From NCBI GenBank assembly GCA_025927685.1, contig JAICKX010000003.1:2905-66904 (forward strand): a stretch of 64,000 nucleotides of DNA. Reading direction: 5' to 3'. The translations under genes and the position numbers were made by a program. This stretch comes from Thermoleophilia bacterium (GTDB taxonomy: Bacteria > Actinomycetota > Thermoleophilia > Gaiellales > JAICJC01). Below, in pieces: positions 52,118-60,578 of the stretch; the first letter of the stretch is position 1; the number at the start of each line of letters is the position of its first letter. Under the pieces are notes generated by a model that did no database searches, had not been told where the DNA came from, and saw only the letters and a program-made list of their open reading frames with translations.

Positions 52118-53248
52118 ATGACCGGCGCGATGGACGCGATCCCGCTCGTCGACCTGAAGGCCCAGTACCGCGCGATCGGCCCGGAGATCGAGGCCGCGAT
52201 CGCGCGCGTGCTGGAGCGCCAGTCGTTCATCAACGCCGCCGAGACGCGGGCGTTCGAGGAGGAGTTCGCTGCCTTCTGCGAGGCGCCCGAGGCGATCGCC
52301 GTCTCGAACGGCACCACCGCCATCGAGCTCATCCTGAACGCGCTCGGGGTCGGCCCCGGCGACGAGGTCATCACCGTCTCGCACACCTTCATGGCAACCG
52401 TGGGCGCGATCCTGCGGGCCGGTGCGACGCCGGTCATGGTTGACGTCGACCCCGACACGTGGACGATGTCGCCCAAGCAGGTCGCGCGGGCCTTGACGCC
52501 GCGGACGAAGGCCCTCCTGCCGGTGCACCTCTACGGCAACCCGGCCGACGTGCCGGCCATCGCCGCCGCCGCGCCCGGCATCCCCATCGTCGAGGACGCC
52601 GCCCAGGCGCACGGCGCCCGCCTGCACGGCGGGGCCGTCGGGAGCGGGTCGAGAGCGGTCTCCTACAGCTTCTACCCGGGGAAGACGCTCGGCGCCTACG
52701 GCGACGCCGGGGCCGTCACGACGGCGGACCCGGACCTGGCGCTCAGGCTGCGCCGGCTGCGCGACCACGGCCGCTTCGGGGCCAAGTACGAGCACGCGAC
52801 GGTCGGAACGAACGCGCGGATGGCCGAGATCCAGGCGGCGGTGCTGCGGGCGAAGCTCGCGCACCTGCCGGAGTGGATCGCCGCCCGGCAGCGGCTGTGC
52901 GCCCGCTACGAGGAGCGGCTGGCCGGCGCGGGCGTGCGGCTCCAGCGGATCGAGGAGTGGGCCGAGCCGACCTGGCACCTCTACGTGATCCTTCACCCCG
53001 AGCGCGACCGCCTGGCCGGCGCGCTGCGGGAGCGCAGCATCTCGACCGGCGTCCACTACCCGATCCCGGTGCACCGCCAGCCGGCGCTGGCCGGGGTGGA
53101 GCATCGCGTCCAGGACGGCGAGCTGCCCGTCACCGACGAGCTCGCGGCCTCCTGTCTCTCGCTTCCGATCTATCCGGAGCTGGGCGAGGAGGGCGTCGAC
53201 CGGGTGGCGGAGGCGGTGCACGACGTGCTCGCCGGCGCGCATGTCTGA
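52118..53248 (+). CDS. DegT/DnrJ/EryC1/StrS-family PLP-dependent sugar aminotransferase (WbpE-like)
   Basis: IPLVDLKAQY, VEDAAQAHGA, and SFYPGKTLGAYGDAG (PLP lysine). Confidence 0.9.
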   Translation: MTGAMDAIPLVDLKAQYRAIGPEIEAAIARVLERQSFINAAETRAFEEEFAAFCEAPEAIAVSNGTTAIELILNALGVGPGDEVITVSHTFMATVGAILRAGATPVMVDVDPDTWTMSPKQVARALTPRTKALLPVHLYGNPADVPAIAAAAPGIPIVEDAAQAHGARLHGGAVGSGSRAVSYSFYPGKTLGAYGDAGAVTTADPDLALRLRRLRDHGRFGAKYEHATVGTNARMAEIQAAVLRAKLAHLPEWIAARQRLCARYEERLAGAGVRLQRIEEWAEPTWHLYVILHPERDRLAGALRERSISTGVHYPIPVHRQPALAGVEHRVQDGELPVTDELAASCLSLPIYPELGEEGVDRVAEAVHDVLAGAHV

Positions 53249-54389
53249 GCCGGCGCCGGCCGGACGGCCGCTTCGGATCCTGGGCGTCGGCCGCGGCCGG
53301 TCGCTGATCTTCCTGCGCTGGGCCTGGGCGCTCGCCGAGCGCGGCCACGACGTCCACATCGTGAGCCCCGTCTTCCGCGACGACATGCCCGAGGAGCTCG
53401 CGATGCTCACCGTGCACGACCTGACGAGGCTCGGCCTGCGGACGCGCATCCCGGGCCTTCGGCGGAGCCAGTTCGGCCCGGCGATCCGGCGCCTGGCCGG
53501 CGAGATCCGCCCGGACGTCGTCCACGCCCACTACCTGCTCCCGTACGGGCACTGGGCCGCCGAGGCCGACGTGCACCCGCTCGTGATGAGCCCGTGGAAC
53601 ACGGACATCTTCACGTACGGGAAGGAGCGGCCGCGGGGGCGGAGGTGGGTGGCCGAGTCGATCGCCGCCGGCGACCGGTTCGTCGTCTCGTCGCTCGGGA
53701 ACACCGAGGAGACGATCCGGCTCGGCGCCGACCCCGCCAGGATCGACCGGATCGTCTGGTACGTCGACCTGCGCCCGTTCGGCCCGGCGGCGCGCGACCA
53801 CGCGAGTCTGGCGGCGCGGTTCGGCTGGCCCGAGAGCTCGCTGATCGTGCTCTCGCTCCGGAACTACCGCGAGAACACGAATCTCGACGTCGTCCTTCAC
53901 GCCTTCGCCCGGGCGCACGCCGAGGAGCCGCGCGCCCGGCTGATCCTGGCGGCCCGCGAGGGCGTCATGACCGAGACGGTGCGCGGCTGGGTTACCGACC
54001 TCGGCTTGGGGGACACGGTGCGCATGCACTTCATCCCGCCGCCCGAGCTGCCGTTCTTCTGCGCCTCGTCCGACCTGGCGGTGTCGCTGGCGTCGACGGA
54101 CGCGACGCCCGCGTCGATGCTCGAGTGCATGGCCTCGGGGCTGCCGCTGGTCATGGGCGACGCCATCACGATCGACGAGTGGATCACCCCTGGCGACGGC
54201 GGCGAGGTCGTGCAGTGCCGCGACGAGGACGCGGTCACCGCGGCGATCCTGAGGCTGCTCCGCGATCCCGGGCTGCGCGCGACCTACGGCGAGCGCAACG
54301 TCCGGGTGGTGGCGGAGCGCCTCCCCGAGCACCCGGGCGTCGCGCTGGAGCGCGTGTACCGCGGCCTCATCTCGGCGAACGGCCGTTAG
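53241..54389 (+). CDS. Glycosyltransferase family 4-like (GT-B)
   Basis: LRILGVGRG...GHDVHIV N-terminal domain. C-terminal ASTDATPASMLECMASGLPLVMGD (E-x7-E-like region). Confidence 0.75.
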   Translation: MSEPAPAGRPLRILGVGRGRSLIFLRWAWALAERGHDVHIVSPVFRDDMPEELAMLTVHDLTRLGLRTRIPGLRRSQFGPAIRRLAGEIRPDVVHAHYLLPYGHWAAEADVHPLVMSPWNTDIFTYGKERPRGRRWVAESIAAGDRFVVSSLGNTEETIRLGADPARIDRIVWYVDLRPFGPAARDHASLAARFGWPESSLIVLSLRNYRENTNLDVVLHAFARAHAEEPRARLILAAREGVMTETVRGWVTDLGLGDTVRMHFIPPPELPFFCASSDLAVSLASTDATPASMLECMASGLPLVMGDAITIDEWITPGDGGEVVQCRDEDAVTAAILRLLRDPGLRATYGERNVRVVAERLPEHPGVALERVYRGLISANGR

Positions 54390-54407
54390 CCCGTCGGGGG
54401 GTTCGCC

Positions 54408-55118
54408 TCACGCCTCTGCGTCGAGCAGCTCGTCCGCCGGCACCTCGCGCAGCACCCGCGCGGGCACCCCGACCACGACGGCCCGCGCCGGCACGTCCGC
54501 GATCACCACGGCACCGGCGCCGATGAACGCCTCCTCGCCCACGTCGATCCCGGGCAGGAGCACGACGGCGCCGCCGACGCGGGCTCCCCGCCGCACGGTC
54601 GGGCCCCGCTTCAGCGCGTGGCGGCGCTCGGTGCGGCCCATCAGGTTGTCGTTCGTCGTGACGACGCCCGGCGCGATGAAGACGTGCTCCTCGAGCACGG
54701 TCCCGGCGGTGATGTAGGCGTTGGTCTGGATCGTCGTCCACGCCCCGATCTCGACGTCGTTCTCGATGCACACGCCGCGGCCGATCACGACGCCGTCCCC
54801 GACCGCAACGCGTTCGCGCACCGTCGCCAGGTCGCCGACCACGCAGTCGTCGCCGAGCTCCGAGCCGGCCGACAGCACGGCCCCCGCGGAGATGCGCACC
54901 TCGCGGCCGAGCATGAGCCGGCCGACCTCGCCGGCGCTCGTGGAGCGGGCCGAGAGCACCGGCCGCTTCCCGAGCACCGCGTTGTCGCCGATCGAGCTGC
55001 CCTCGCCCACGACCGTGCCCTCGTGCACCGTCACATTCGCGCCGAAGAGGACGCCGGGGCCGATCGACGCATCCGGCGCGACGACCAGGCCGGGCGCCGC
55101 GTGCGCGGGCCACATCAT
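54408..55118 (-). CDS. Left-handed beta-helix (hexapeptide-repeat) sugar N-acetyltransferase (WbpD-like)
   Basis: Continuous hexapeptide repeats (IGPGVLFGANVTVHEGTVVGEGSSIGDNAVLG...). ATGA overlap with the upstream oxidoreductase gene. Confidence 0.8.
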   Translation of the reverse strand: MMWPAHAAPGLVVAPDASIGPGVLFGANVTVHEGTVVGEGSSIGDNAVLGKRPVLSARSTSAGEVGRLMLGREVRISAGAVLSAGSELGDDCVVGDLATVRERVAVGDGVVIGRGVCIENDVEIGAWTTIQTNAYITAGTVLEEHVFIAPGVVTTNDNLMGRTERRHALKRGPTVRRGARVGGAVVLLPGIDVGEEAFIGAGAVVIADVPARAVVVGVPARVLREVPADELLDAEA

Positions 55119-56128
55119 CGCGCCGCCGCGGCGAGCGAGACCGTCTCGCCTCCCCGCTCGAGCGACGTCTGCATCGCCTCGAGCACCTCGACCACGCGCA
55201 GCCCCTCGTCGACGCCGGTGCGCGGCTCCGCCCCCGTGCGCACGCACTCGAGGAAGTGCTCGCATTCCAGACGGAGCGGCTCGGTGGCGTCGATCCGCGG
55301 CGACCAGATGTCGCCCGCGTGCGTCGAGATCCGCCCCTCCGGCATGTGGATCTCGCCCTTGTCGTGCACCGTGACCTTGCCCTCGGCGGCCATGTCGTCG
55401 AAGACCGCCATCTTGCGGGTGCCGACGACCGTCATGCGGCGCAGCTTGTCGGGGTCGAGCCAGCTCAGGTGCAGGTGGCCGATCTGGCCGGTGGGGAAGC
55501 GGATGTAGCCGAAGACGACGTCCTGCACGTTCGGCCGCACGTAGCACTCGCCGCGGGCCGACACCTCGTCGGGCTCGTCGCCCAGGAGGTGGAGCACGAC
55601 CGAGACGTCGTGCACGCCGAGCGACCAGAGTGCGTTCTCGTCGGGCCGGATCGTGCCGAGGTTGACGCGGTTGCCATAGACGTACCGGACGTCGCCCAGC
55701 TCGCCGGCGTCGATCAGCTCGCGCACCTTCACGATGCCCGGGTGGTAGCGCAGCAGGTGGCCGACCATGAGCGTCCGGCCGGTGCGCTGCGCGGTGTCGC
55801 GCAGGTCGCGCGCCTCCGCGGCGCTGAAGGTCATCGGCTTCTCCACGAAGACGTGCTTTCCGGCCTCGAGCGCCTGCCGTGCCAGGTCGTGATGGGTCGG
55901 CACCGGCGTCGCCAGCACCACCGCCTCCAGCTCGTCGTCGGCGAGCAGGTCCTCGAAGGCGGCGGTCGGCCGCGCGGCCGGGTGCGCCGCGGCGCGCTCG
56001 GCGAGGAGCTCCGGGTCGGGGTCGCAGACCCAGCGCAGGTCCGAGCCGGGCAGCGTCGCGAAGTTGCGAAGCAGGTGCCGGCCCCAGCGGCCGACCCCCG
56101 CCATGCCGACGCGGACAGGCTCGCTCAC
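55115..56128 (-). CDS. Gfo/Idh/MocA-family NAD-dependent oxidoreductase (WbpB-like), copy B
   Basis: VGMAGVGRWG, HVFVEKPMT, HLSWLDPDKLRRMTVVG. Paralogous to 51079..52116. GTGA overlap with the dehydrogenase gene. Confidence 0.8.
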   Translation of the reverse strand: MSEPVRVGMAGVGRWGRHLLRNFATLPGSDLRWVCDPDPELLAERAAAHPAARPTAAFEDLLADDELEAVVLATPVPTHHDLARQALEAGKHVFVEKPMTFSAAEARDLRDTAQRTGRTLMVGHLLRYHPGIVKVRELIDAGELGDVRYVYGNRVNLGTIRPDENALWSLGVHDVSVVLHLLGDEPDEVSARGECYVRPNVQDVVFGYIRFPTGQIGHLHLSWLDPDKLRRMTVVGTRKMAVFDDMAAEGKVTVHDKGEIHMPEGRISTHAGDIWSPRIDATEPLRLECEHFLECVRTGAEPRTGVDEGLRVVEVLEAMQTSLERGGETVSLAAAAR

Positions 56129-57390
56129 AGCTTCACCACCCGGCCGCCGGCCACCGGGACGGCGTTTCGGAAGTCGATCACGAGCGGCGCCGCCTCGGCG
56201 ACGCGGGCGTGGTCGACGCCCGGGTGCGCGGTCACGACGGCGACGATGTCGGCGGCGGCCATGACCTCGTCCGTGAGCGGCTGGGAGTCGAGCTCGAACC
56301 CGTCCTCGCGCAGGCTGGGGACGAACGGGTCGTGGTAGGCGATCGCGGCGCCCTGCTCGCGCAGGAGCTCCATCAGCTTGAGCGCGGGCGACTCGCGCAG
56401 GTCGCCGACCCCGCCCTTGTAGGACACGCCGAGGACGAGCACGGAGCTGCCGCTGACCGGCTTCTGCACGTCGTTCAGCGCCAGGGCGACCCGCTCGGCG
56501 CAGTGGTAGGGCATGTTCTGGTTCACCTTGCCGGCGAGCTCGATGAACTCGACCGGGAAGTCGTACTCGCGCGCCTTCCACGAGAGGTAGAACGGGTCGA
56601 TCGGAAGGCAGTGCCCGCCGAGGCCCGGCCCGGGGGAGAAGGGCATGAACCCGTACGGCTTGGTCGCCGCGGCATCGACGACCTCCCACACGTTCAGGCC
56701 CATCCGGTGGCACAGCATCGCGAGCTCGTTCACGAGGGCGATGTTCACGGACCGGAAGATGTTCTCGAGCAGCTTCGTGAGCTCCGCCGCGTCGCACGAC
56801 GACACCGGGACGAGGGAGTCGACGCAGGCGCTGTAGAGCTCCATCGCCTGGTCGCGGCACGCGTCCGTCAGCCCGCCGACGACCTTCGGCGTGGTGCGCA
56901 CCGTGTAGTCGGTGCGGCCGGGGTCGATGCGCTCCGGCGACATGGCCAGGTGGAAGTCGACGCCGCCCCGCAGGCCGCCCGACTCGAGGATCGGGAGCAG
57001 CACCTCGCGCGTCGTCCCCGGATATGTGGTGGACTCGAGCACGACGAGCTGGCCGCGGCGCAGATGCCTGGCGATCTGCCAGGTGGCGCCCGTCAGCACC
57101 GTCAGGTCGGGCTCGCGGTTGGTGGAAAGCGGGGTCGGCAGGCAGATCAGGATCGCCTCGGAGCCGCCGAGCGCCGCGTACTCGCCGGTCGCCGACACGC
57201 GGCCTGCCGAGACGACCTCGCCCAGCGCCGCCGATTCGACGTCCTCGACGTAGCTCTCGCCGCGCCCGATCGCCTCGACCCGGCGCGCGTCGGCCTCGAT
57301 GCACACAACCGTCCGGCCGGCGCGGCCGAATTCGACGGCCAGCGGCAGGCCCACGTAGCCCGCGCCGACGATTGCGACGTCGGTTGGCAT
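56125..57390 (-). CDS. UDP-N-acetyl-hexosamine 6-dehydrogenase (nucleotide-sugar dehydrogenase, WbpA/WecC-like)
   Basis: VAIVGAGYVGLPLA, and catalytic Cys in GPGLGGHCLPIDP. 421 aa. Confidence 0.9.
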   Translation of the reverse strand: MPTDVAIVGAGYVGLPLAVEFGRAGRTVVCIEADARRVEAIGRGESYVEDVESAALGEVVSAGRVSATGEYAALGGSEAILICLPTPLSTNREPDLTVLTGATWQIARHLRRGQLVVLESTTYPGTTREVLLPILESGGLRGGVDFHLAMSPERIDPGRTDYTVRTTPKVVGGLTDACRDQAMELYSACVDSLVPVSSCDAAELTKLLENIFRSVNIALVNELAMLCHRMGLNVWEVVDAAATKPYGFMPFSPGPGLGGHCLPIDPFYLSWKAREYDFPVEFIELAGKVNQNMPYHCAERVALALNDVQKPVSGSSVLVLGVSYKGGVGDLRESPALKLMELLREQGAAIAYHDPFVPSLREDGFELDSQPLTDEVMAAADIVAVVTAHPGVDHARVAEAAPLVIDFRNAVPVAGGRVVKL

Positions 57391-57402
57391 GCGGTGCAGA
57401 TG

Positions 57403-58464
57403 CTATCGACCGGTGGTGATGACAGCGGCGATCCGGGCGGCCGCGTCGCCGTCGCCGTACAGCGGCGGATGCTCCGCCGGACGGTCGGCCGCGGCGAGCG
57501 CTGCGGCCACCGCGGCGGGGTCGAGATCGACCAGCCTGTTCCAGCCCGCGGCGATCGTCTCGACCCACTCGGACGTGTCGCGCATCGTGACGCACGGCAC
57601 CGAGTGGAGGTAGGCCTCCTTCTGCACGCCGCCGGAGTCGGTCAGGCAGGCGGCCGCCGACATGAGCAGCGCGGTGAAGTCGAGGTAGCCGAGCGGGGCG
57701 GTCAGGTGGGCCGCCGCGCTCGCCCGTGCCCAGAGCCCCGCTCGCTCCAGCGCGGCGCGCGTCCGCGGGTGCACCGGGAAGACGACGGGCAGCTCGATCG
57801 CCTCGAGCACCTCGACCAGGATCGGCACGGTCTCGGGCAGCGTGTTTGCCGGCCGGTGCGCGGTCAGGATCACGTAGCCGCCGGGCTCCACGCCGATCCG
57901 CTCGATCGCGTCCGACCGCCGGGCCGCGACCGGCGCGAAGGTCCGGGCCACGTCAACCATCACGTCGCCCACGTGGTGGACGCCGGCGGTGATGCCCTCG
58001 GCGGCCAGGTTGGCGACGGCCGTCTCGGACGGGCAGAAGCGCAGGTCGGCGAGGACGTCCACGAGCATCCGGTTCAGCTCCTCGGGCATGCGCCGGTCGA
58101 AGGAGCGCAGGCCGGCCTCGACGTGGCCGACCGGGATGTGCAGCTTGGCCGCGACGAGCCCGCCTGCCAGCGTCGAGTTGGTGTCGCCGTAGACCAGCAC
58201 CGCGTCGGGGAGCTCCTCCTCGACCACGGGCTCCAGGCCGACGAGCATCCGCGCGGTCTGCTCGGCGTGGGTGCCGGAGCCGCTCTCGATGCGGCGGTCG
58301 GCGGGGCGCAGGCCGAGCTCCTCGAAGAAGATCTGCGACAGGTCGGCGTCGTAGTGCTGGCCGGTGTGGACGAGCACGTGGTCGCACAGCCGCTCCAGCG
58401 CATGCGCCACCGGCGCAGCCTTGATGAACTGCGGGCGGTTGCCCACGACGGAGGCGATCTTCAT
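57403..58464 (-). CDS. UDP-N-acetylglucosamine (or UDP-GlcNAc3NAcA) 2-epimerase (WecB/WbpI-like)
   Basis: GNRPQFIKAAPV, HTGQHYD, VYGDTNSTLAG, GHVEAGLRSFD. Confidence 0.9.
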   Translation of the reverse strand: MKIASVVGNRPQFIKAAPVAHALERLCDHVLVHTGQHYDADLSQIFFEELGLRPADRRIESGSGTHAEQTARMLVGLEPVVEEELPDAVLVYGDTNSTLAGGLVAAKLHIPVGHVEAGLRSFDRRMPEELNRMLVDVLADLRFCPSETAVANLAAEGITAGVHHVGDVMVDVARTFAPVAARRSDAIERIGVEPGGYVILTAHRPANTLPETVPILVEVLEAIELPVVFPVHPRTRAALERAGLWARASAAAHLTAPLGYLDFTALLMSAAACLTDSGGVQKEAYLHSVPCVTMRDTSEWVETIAAGWNRLVDLDPAAVAAALAAADRPAEHPPLYGDGDAAARIAAVITTGR

Positions 58465-58475
58465 CGGGGGTGAGC

Positions 58476-59018
58476 CTACTGACCCAGGACGTCGTCGAGC
58501 GCCGTCGAGAGCTCGTCGCGGGAGAGCTCGCGCTGGAGCTTCCAGGCCACCCGGCCGTCGGAGTCGAGCACGAACGTCGTGGGCTTGCCGATCAGCCCGA
58601 ACGGCTCGACCAGGTGGTCGTGCGGGTCGAACACGATCGGCCACCTCCAGCCGTACCGGCGTGTGTAGGAGAGCGCCCCGGAGCGGGAGTCGTCGATCGC
58701 CACGCCGACGAACTGCACCCGGCCCTTGTAGGCCTGCGCGGCGGCGGCGAACGCCGTTCCCTCCGCCTTGCACGGTGCGCACCAGGACGCGAAGAAGTTG
58801 ATCACCACCGGCCGGCCGCGCATCCGGGCCAGGTCGACGGTGCCGCCCGACAGCGTCGGCTCGTGCAGGGCCGGCGCCGCCACCCGCTTCGCCGCCGCGA
58901 TCGGTGCGGCGAGGTCGGCTCGCCTGAGCGAGTCGGAGTGCGCGCGGCCATAGGCGGCGATCGAGAGGATCAAGACCGCCCCCGACACCAGCGCGACGAT
59001 CCGAAGCCGGCGCTGCAC
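58476..59018 (-). CDS. TlpA/ResA-like membrane-anchored thiol:disulfide oxidoreductase
   Basis: An N-terminal TM, then VVINFFASWCAPCKAE. Confidence 0.8.
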   Translation of the reverse strand: MQRRLRIVALVSGAVLILSIAAYGRAHSDSLRRADLAAPIAAAKRVAAPALHEPTLSGGTVDLARMRGRPVVINFFASWCAPCKAEGTAFAAAAQAYKGRVQFVGVAIDDSRSGALSYTRRYGWRWPIVFDPHDHLVEPFGLIGKPTTFVLDSDGRVAWKLQRELSRDELSTALDDVLGQ

Positions 59019-59034
59019 GGCCGTATCGTAGGGT

Positions 59035-60087
59035 CTAGCCGGAGGCCGGGATGGCGTCCAGCTTCCGCGCGACGGCCGCGACCAGCCTGGCGGTCGCCTC
59101 GAGGTCGGCGAGCTCGACGATCTCGTTCGGCGAGTGCATGTAGCGGTTCGGGACGCTCACGAGGCAGGTCGGGACGCCGCCGCGGGAGCGATGGACGGCG
59201 TCGGCGTCGGTCCATGTGTGGCCGGCCGCCGCCCCGAACTGGTGCGGGATCCCCTCCGCCTCGGCCACCTCCACGACGAGCTCGGCGAACGCCGGGTGGA
59301 CGCCGGAGCCGCGCTCGATGACGGGGCCGCCGCCGATCCGGATGTCGCCGATCTTGTTCTTCGTGACGCCCGGATAGTCGGCGGTGTGGGTGACGTCGAT
59401 CGCGATGGCGGCCTGCGGGGCGAGCGCGAAGGCGCTCGTGTGGGCGCCGGCGAAGCTGATCTCCTCGGCGACCGAGGCGACGCCGACGTACCGCCACGAG
59501 CCGGGGCTGTCCGCGTAGTGGCGCGCCGCCTCGGCGGCGACGAAGGCGCCGGCGCGGTTGTCGACGGCCCGCGAGGCCAGCCGGCCGTTGGCGAGCTCCA
59601 CGACGGGCTGCTCGATCACCGCCAGGTCGCCGGGGCGGACGCGGCTACGGGCGTCGTCGCCGCCGCTCGCACCGATGTCGATCCAGAGCTGGTCGAGCTT
59701 GATCGGCTTCTTGCGCTCCTCCTCGTCGAGCAGGTGCGTGGCCTTCTTGCCGATGACTCCCACGACGGGCCCGTCCTTGGCCAGGACGCGGATCCGCTGG
59801 CCGACCAGCACCGCCGGCGTCCATCCGCCGACGCCGTCGAACCACAGGTAGCCGTCGTCGTCGACGTGCGTCACGGCGAGGCCGATCTCGTCGATGTGCC
59901 CCATCACGGCCACCGCGCGCTCCCCGTCGGGGTTCACGGTCGCCCAGCTCGAGCCGAGCACGTCCGTCTCGACGGAGGCGAAGCCGGACGCGTAGTCCCG
60001 CCAGACCCGGGCCGCGGCACGCTCGTCCCCCGACGGCCCGGCGGCGTCGAGGAGGCTCAGGAAGAACTCACGGGACTCTGGGCGCAT
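59035..60087 (-). CDS. M42-family metallo-aminopeptidase (FrvX/PepA-like)
   Basis: MGHIDEIGL, and the later metal-ligand contexts (DNRAGAF, EEISFAGA, IDVTH). Confidence 0.85.
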   Translation of the reverse strand: MRPESREFFLSLLDAAGPSGDERAAARVWRDYASGFASVETDVLGSSWATVNPDGERAVAVMGHIDEIGLAVTHVDDDGYLWFDGVGGWTPAVLVGQRIRVLAKDGPVVGVIGKKATHLLDEEERKKPIKLDQLWIDIGASGGDDARSRVRPGDLAVIEQPVVELANGRLASRAVDNRAGAFVAAEAARHYADSPGSWRYVGVASVAEEISFAGAHTSAFALAPQAAIAIDVTHTADYPGVTKNKIGDIRIGGGPVIERGSGVHPAFAELVVEVAEAEGIPHQFGAAAGHTWTDADAVHRSRGGVPTCLVSVPNRYMHSPNEIVELADLEATARLVAAVARKLDAIPASG

Positions 60088-60095
60088 GGCGGCGA

Positions 60096-60101
60096 ACGCT
60101 A
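60096..60101 (-). promoter_or_regulatory. -10-like TAGCGT, 8 nt upstream of the M42 peptidase ATG (leaderless geometry)
   Basis: The minus strand reads TAGCGT-tcgccgcc-ATG. No SD. Confidence 0.35.
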
Positions 60102-60127
60102 GCGTGTTTTCGGCTCAGGGCCGTTGG

Positions 60128-60133
60128 TAGACT
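60128..60133 (+). promoter_or_regulatory. -10-like TAGACT, 10 nt upstream of tRNA-Lys
   Basis: TAGACT-gctcggcccg-GGGCCG (tRNA position 1 at 60144). Confidence 0.4.
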
Positions 60134-60143
60134 GCTCGGCCCG

Positions 60144-60216
60144 GGGCCGTTAGCTCAGCTGGTAGAGCAGGGGACTCTTAATCCCAAGGTCATAGGTTCG
60201 ATCCCTATACGGCCCA
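60144..60216 (+). tRNA. tRNA-Lys (anticodon CUU)
   Basis: A 73-nt cloverleaf folded by hand. Acceptor GGGCCGT/ACGGCCC, D arm GCTC-AGCTGGTA-GAGC, anticodon loop CTCTTAA (CTT at 60177-60179), T arm ATAGG-TTCGATC-CCTAT, discriminator A. CCA is not encoded. Confidence 0.9.
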
Positions 60217-60274
60217 CTCAGAATTGGCTTGGGTGAGCGGTTTGTACCGTCGAGCCGCGCCCGTCTTCTGTTGC

Positions 60275-60502
60275 CTTGTGCATGAGGACCTTCCTCGCGT
60301 CCTCTTCTGCTCCGACCTCCTGATGTCCGGCGACGCTCACGGGCTAGTGGTCGTCCCGGGGCGCTTTCACGACGATCCGGCGGAGACCCGCGGGGGCGTC
60401 GAGCGTCTCGCCGACCTCGAGCTCGACGTCCTCTGCCTCGATCGTGGCCGGCCGGTCGCTGAGGATCCGTGCGGCGCGATCGCGAGGTTGCTCGCGGCGC
60501 CC
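60275..60502 (+). pseudogene. 3' remnant of an MBL-fold metallo-hydrolase gene
   Basis: The translation HEDLPRVLFCSDLLMSGDAHGLVVVPGRFHDDPAETRGGVERLADLELDVLCLDRGRPVAEDPCGAIARLL resembles only the C-terminal third of MBL-fold hydrolases. The HxHxDH part is absent and the usual GHG is degenerate (DRG). It begins about 60 nt after the tRNA. Confidence 0.35.
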
Positions 60503-60578
60503 CGGTGTTGGGTTAGGCGGCGCGTCGCCGGGGGTATGCGCGCCCCGAAGGTACATCGACGCATGAGGGGGGACACCT

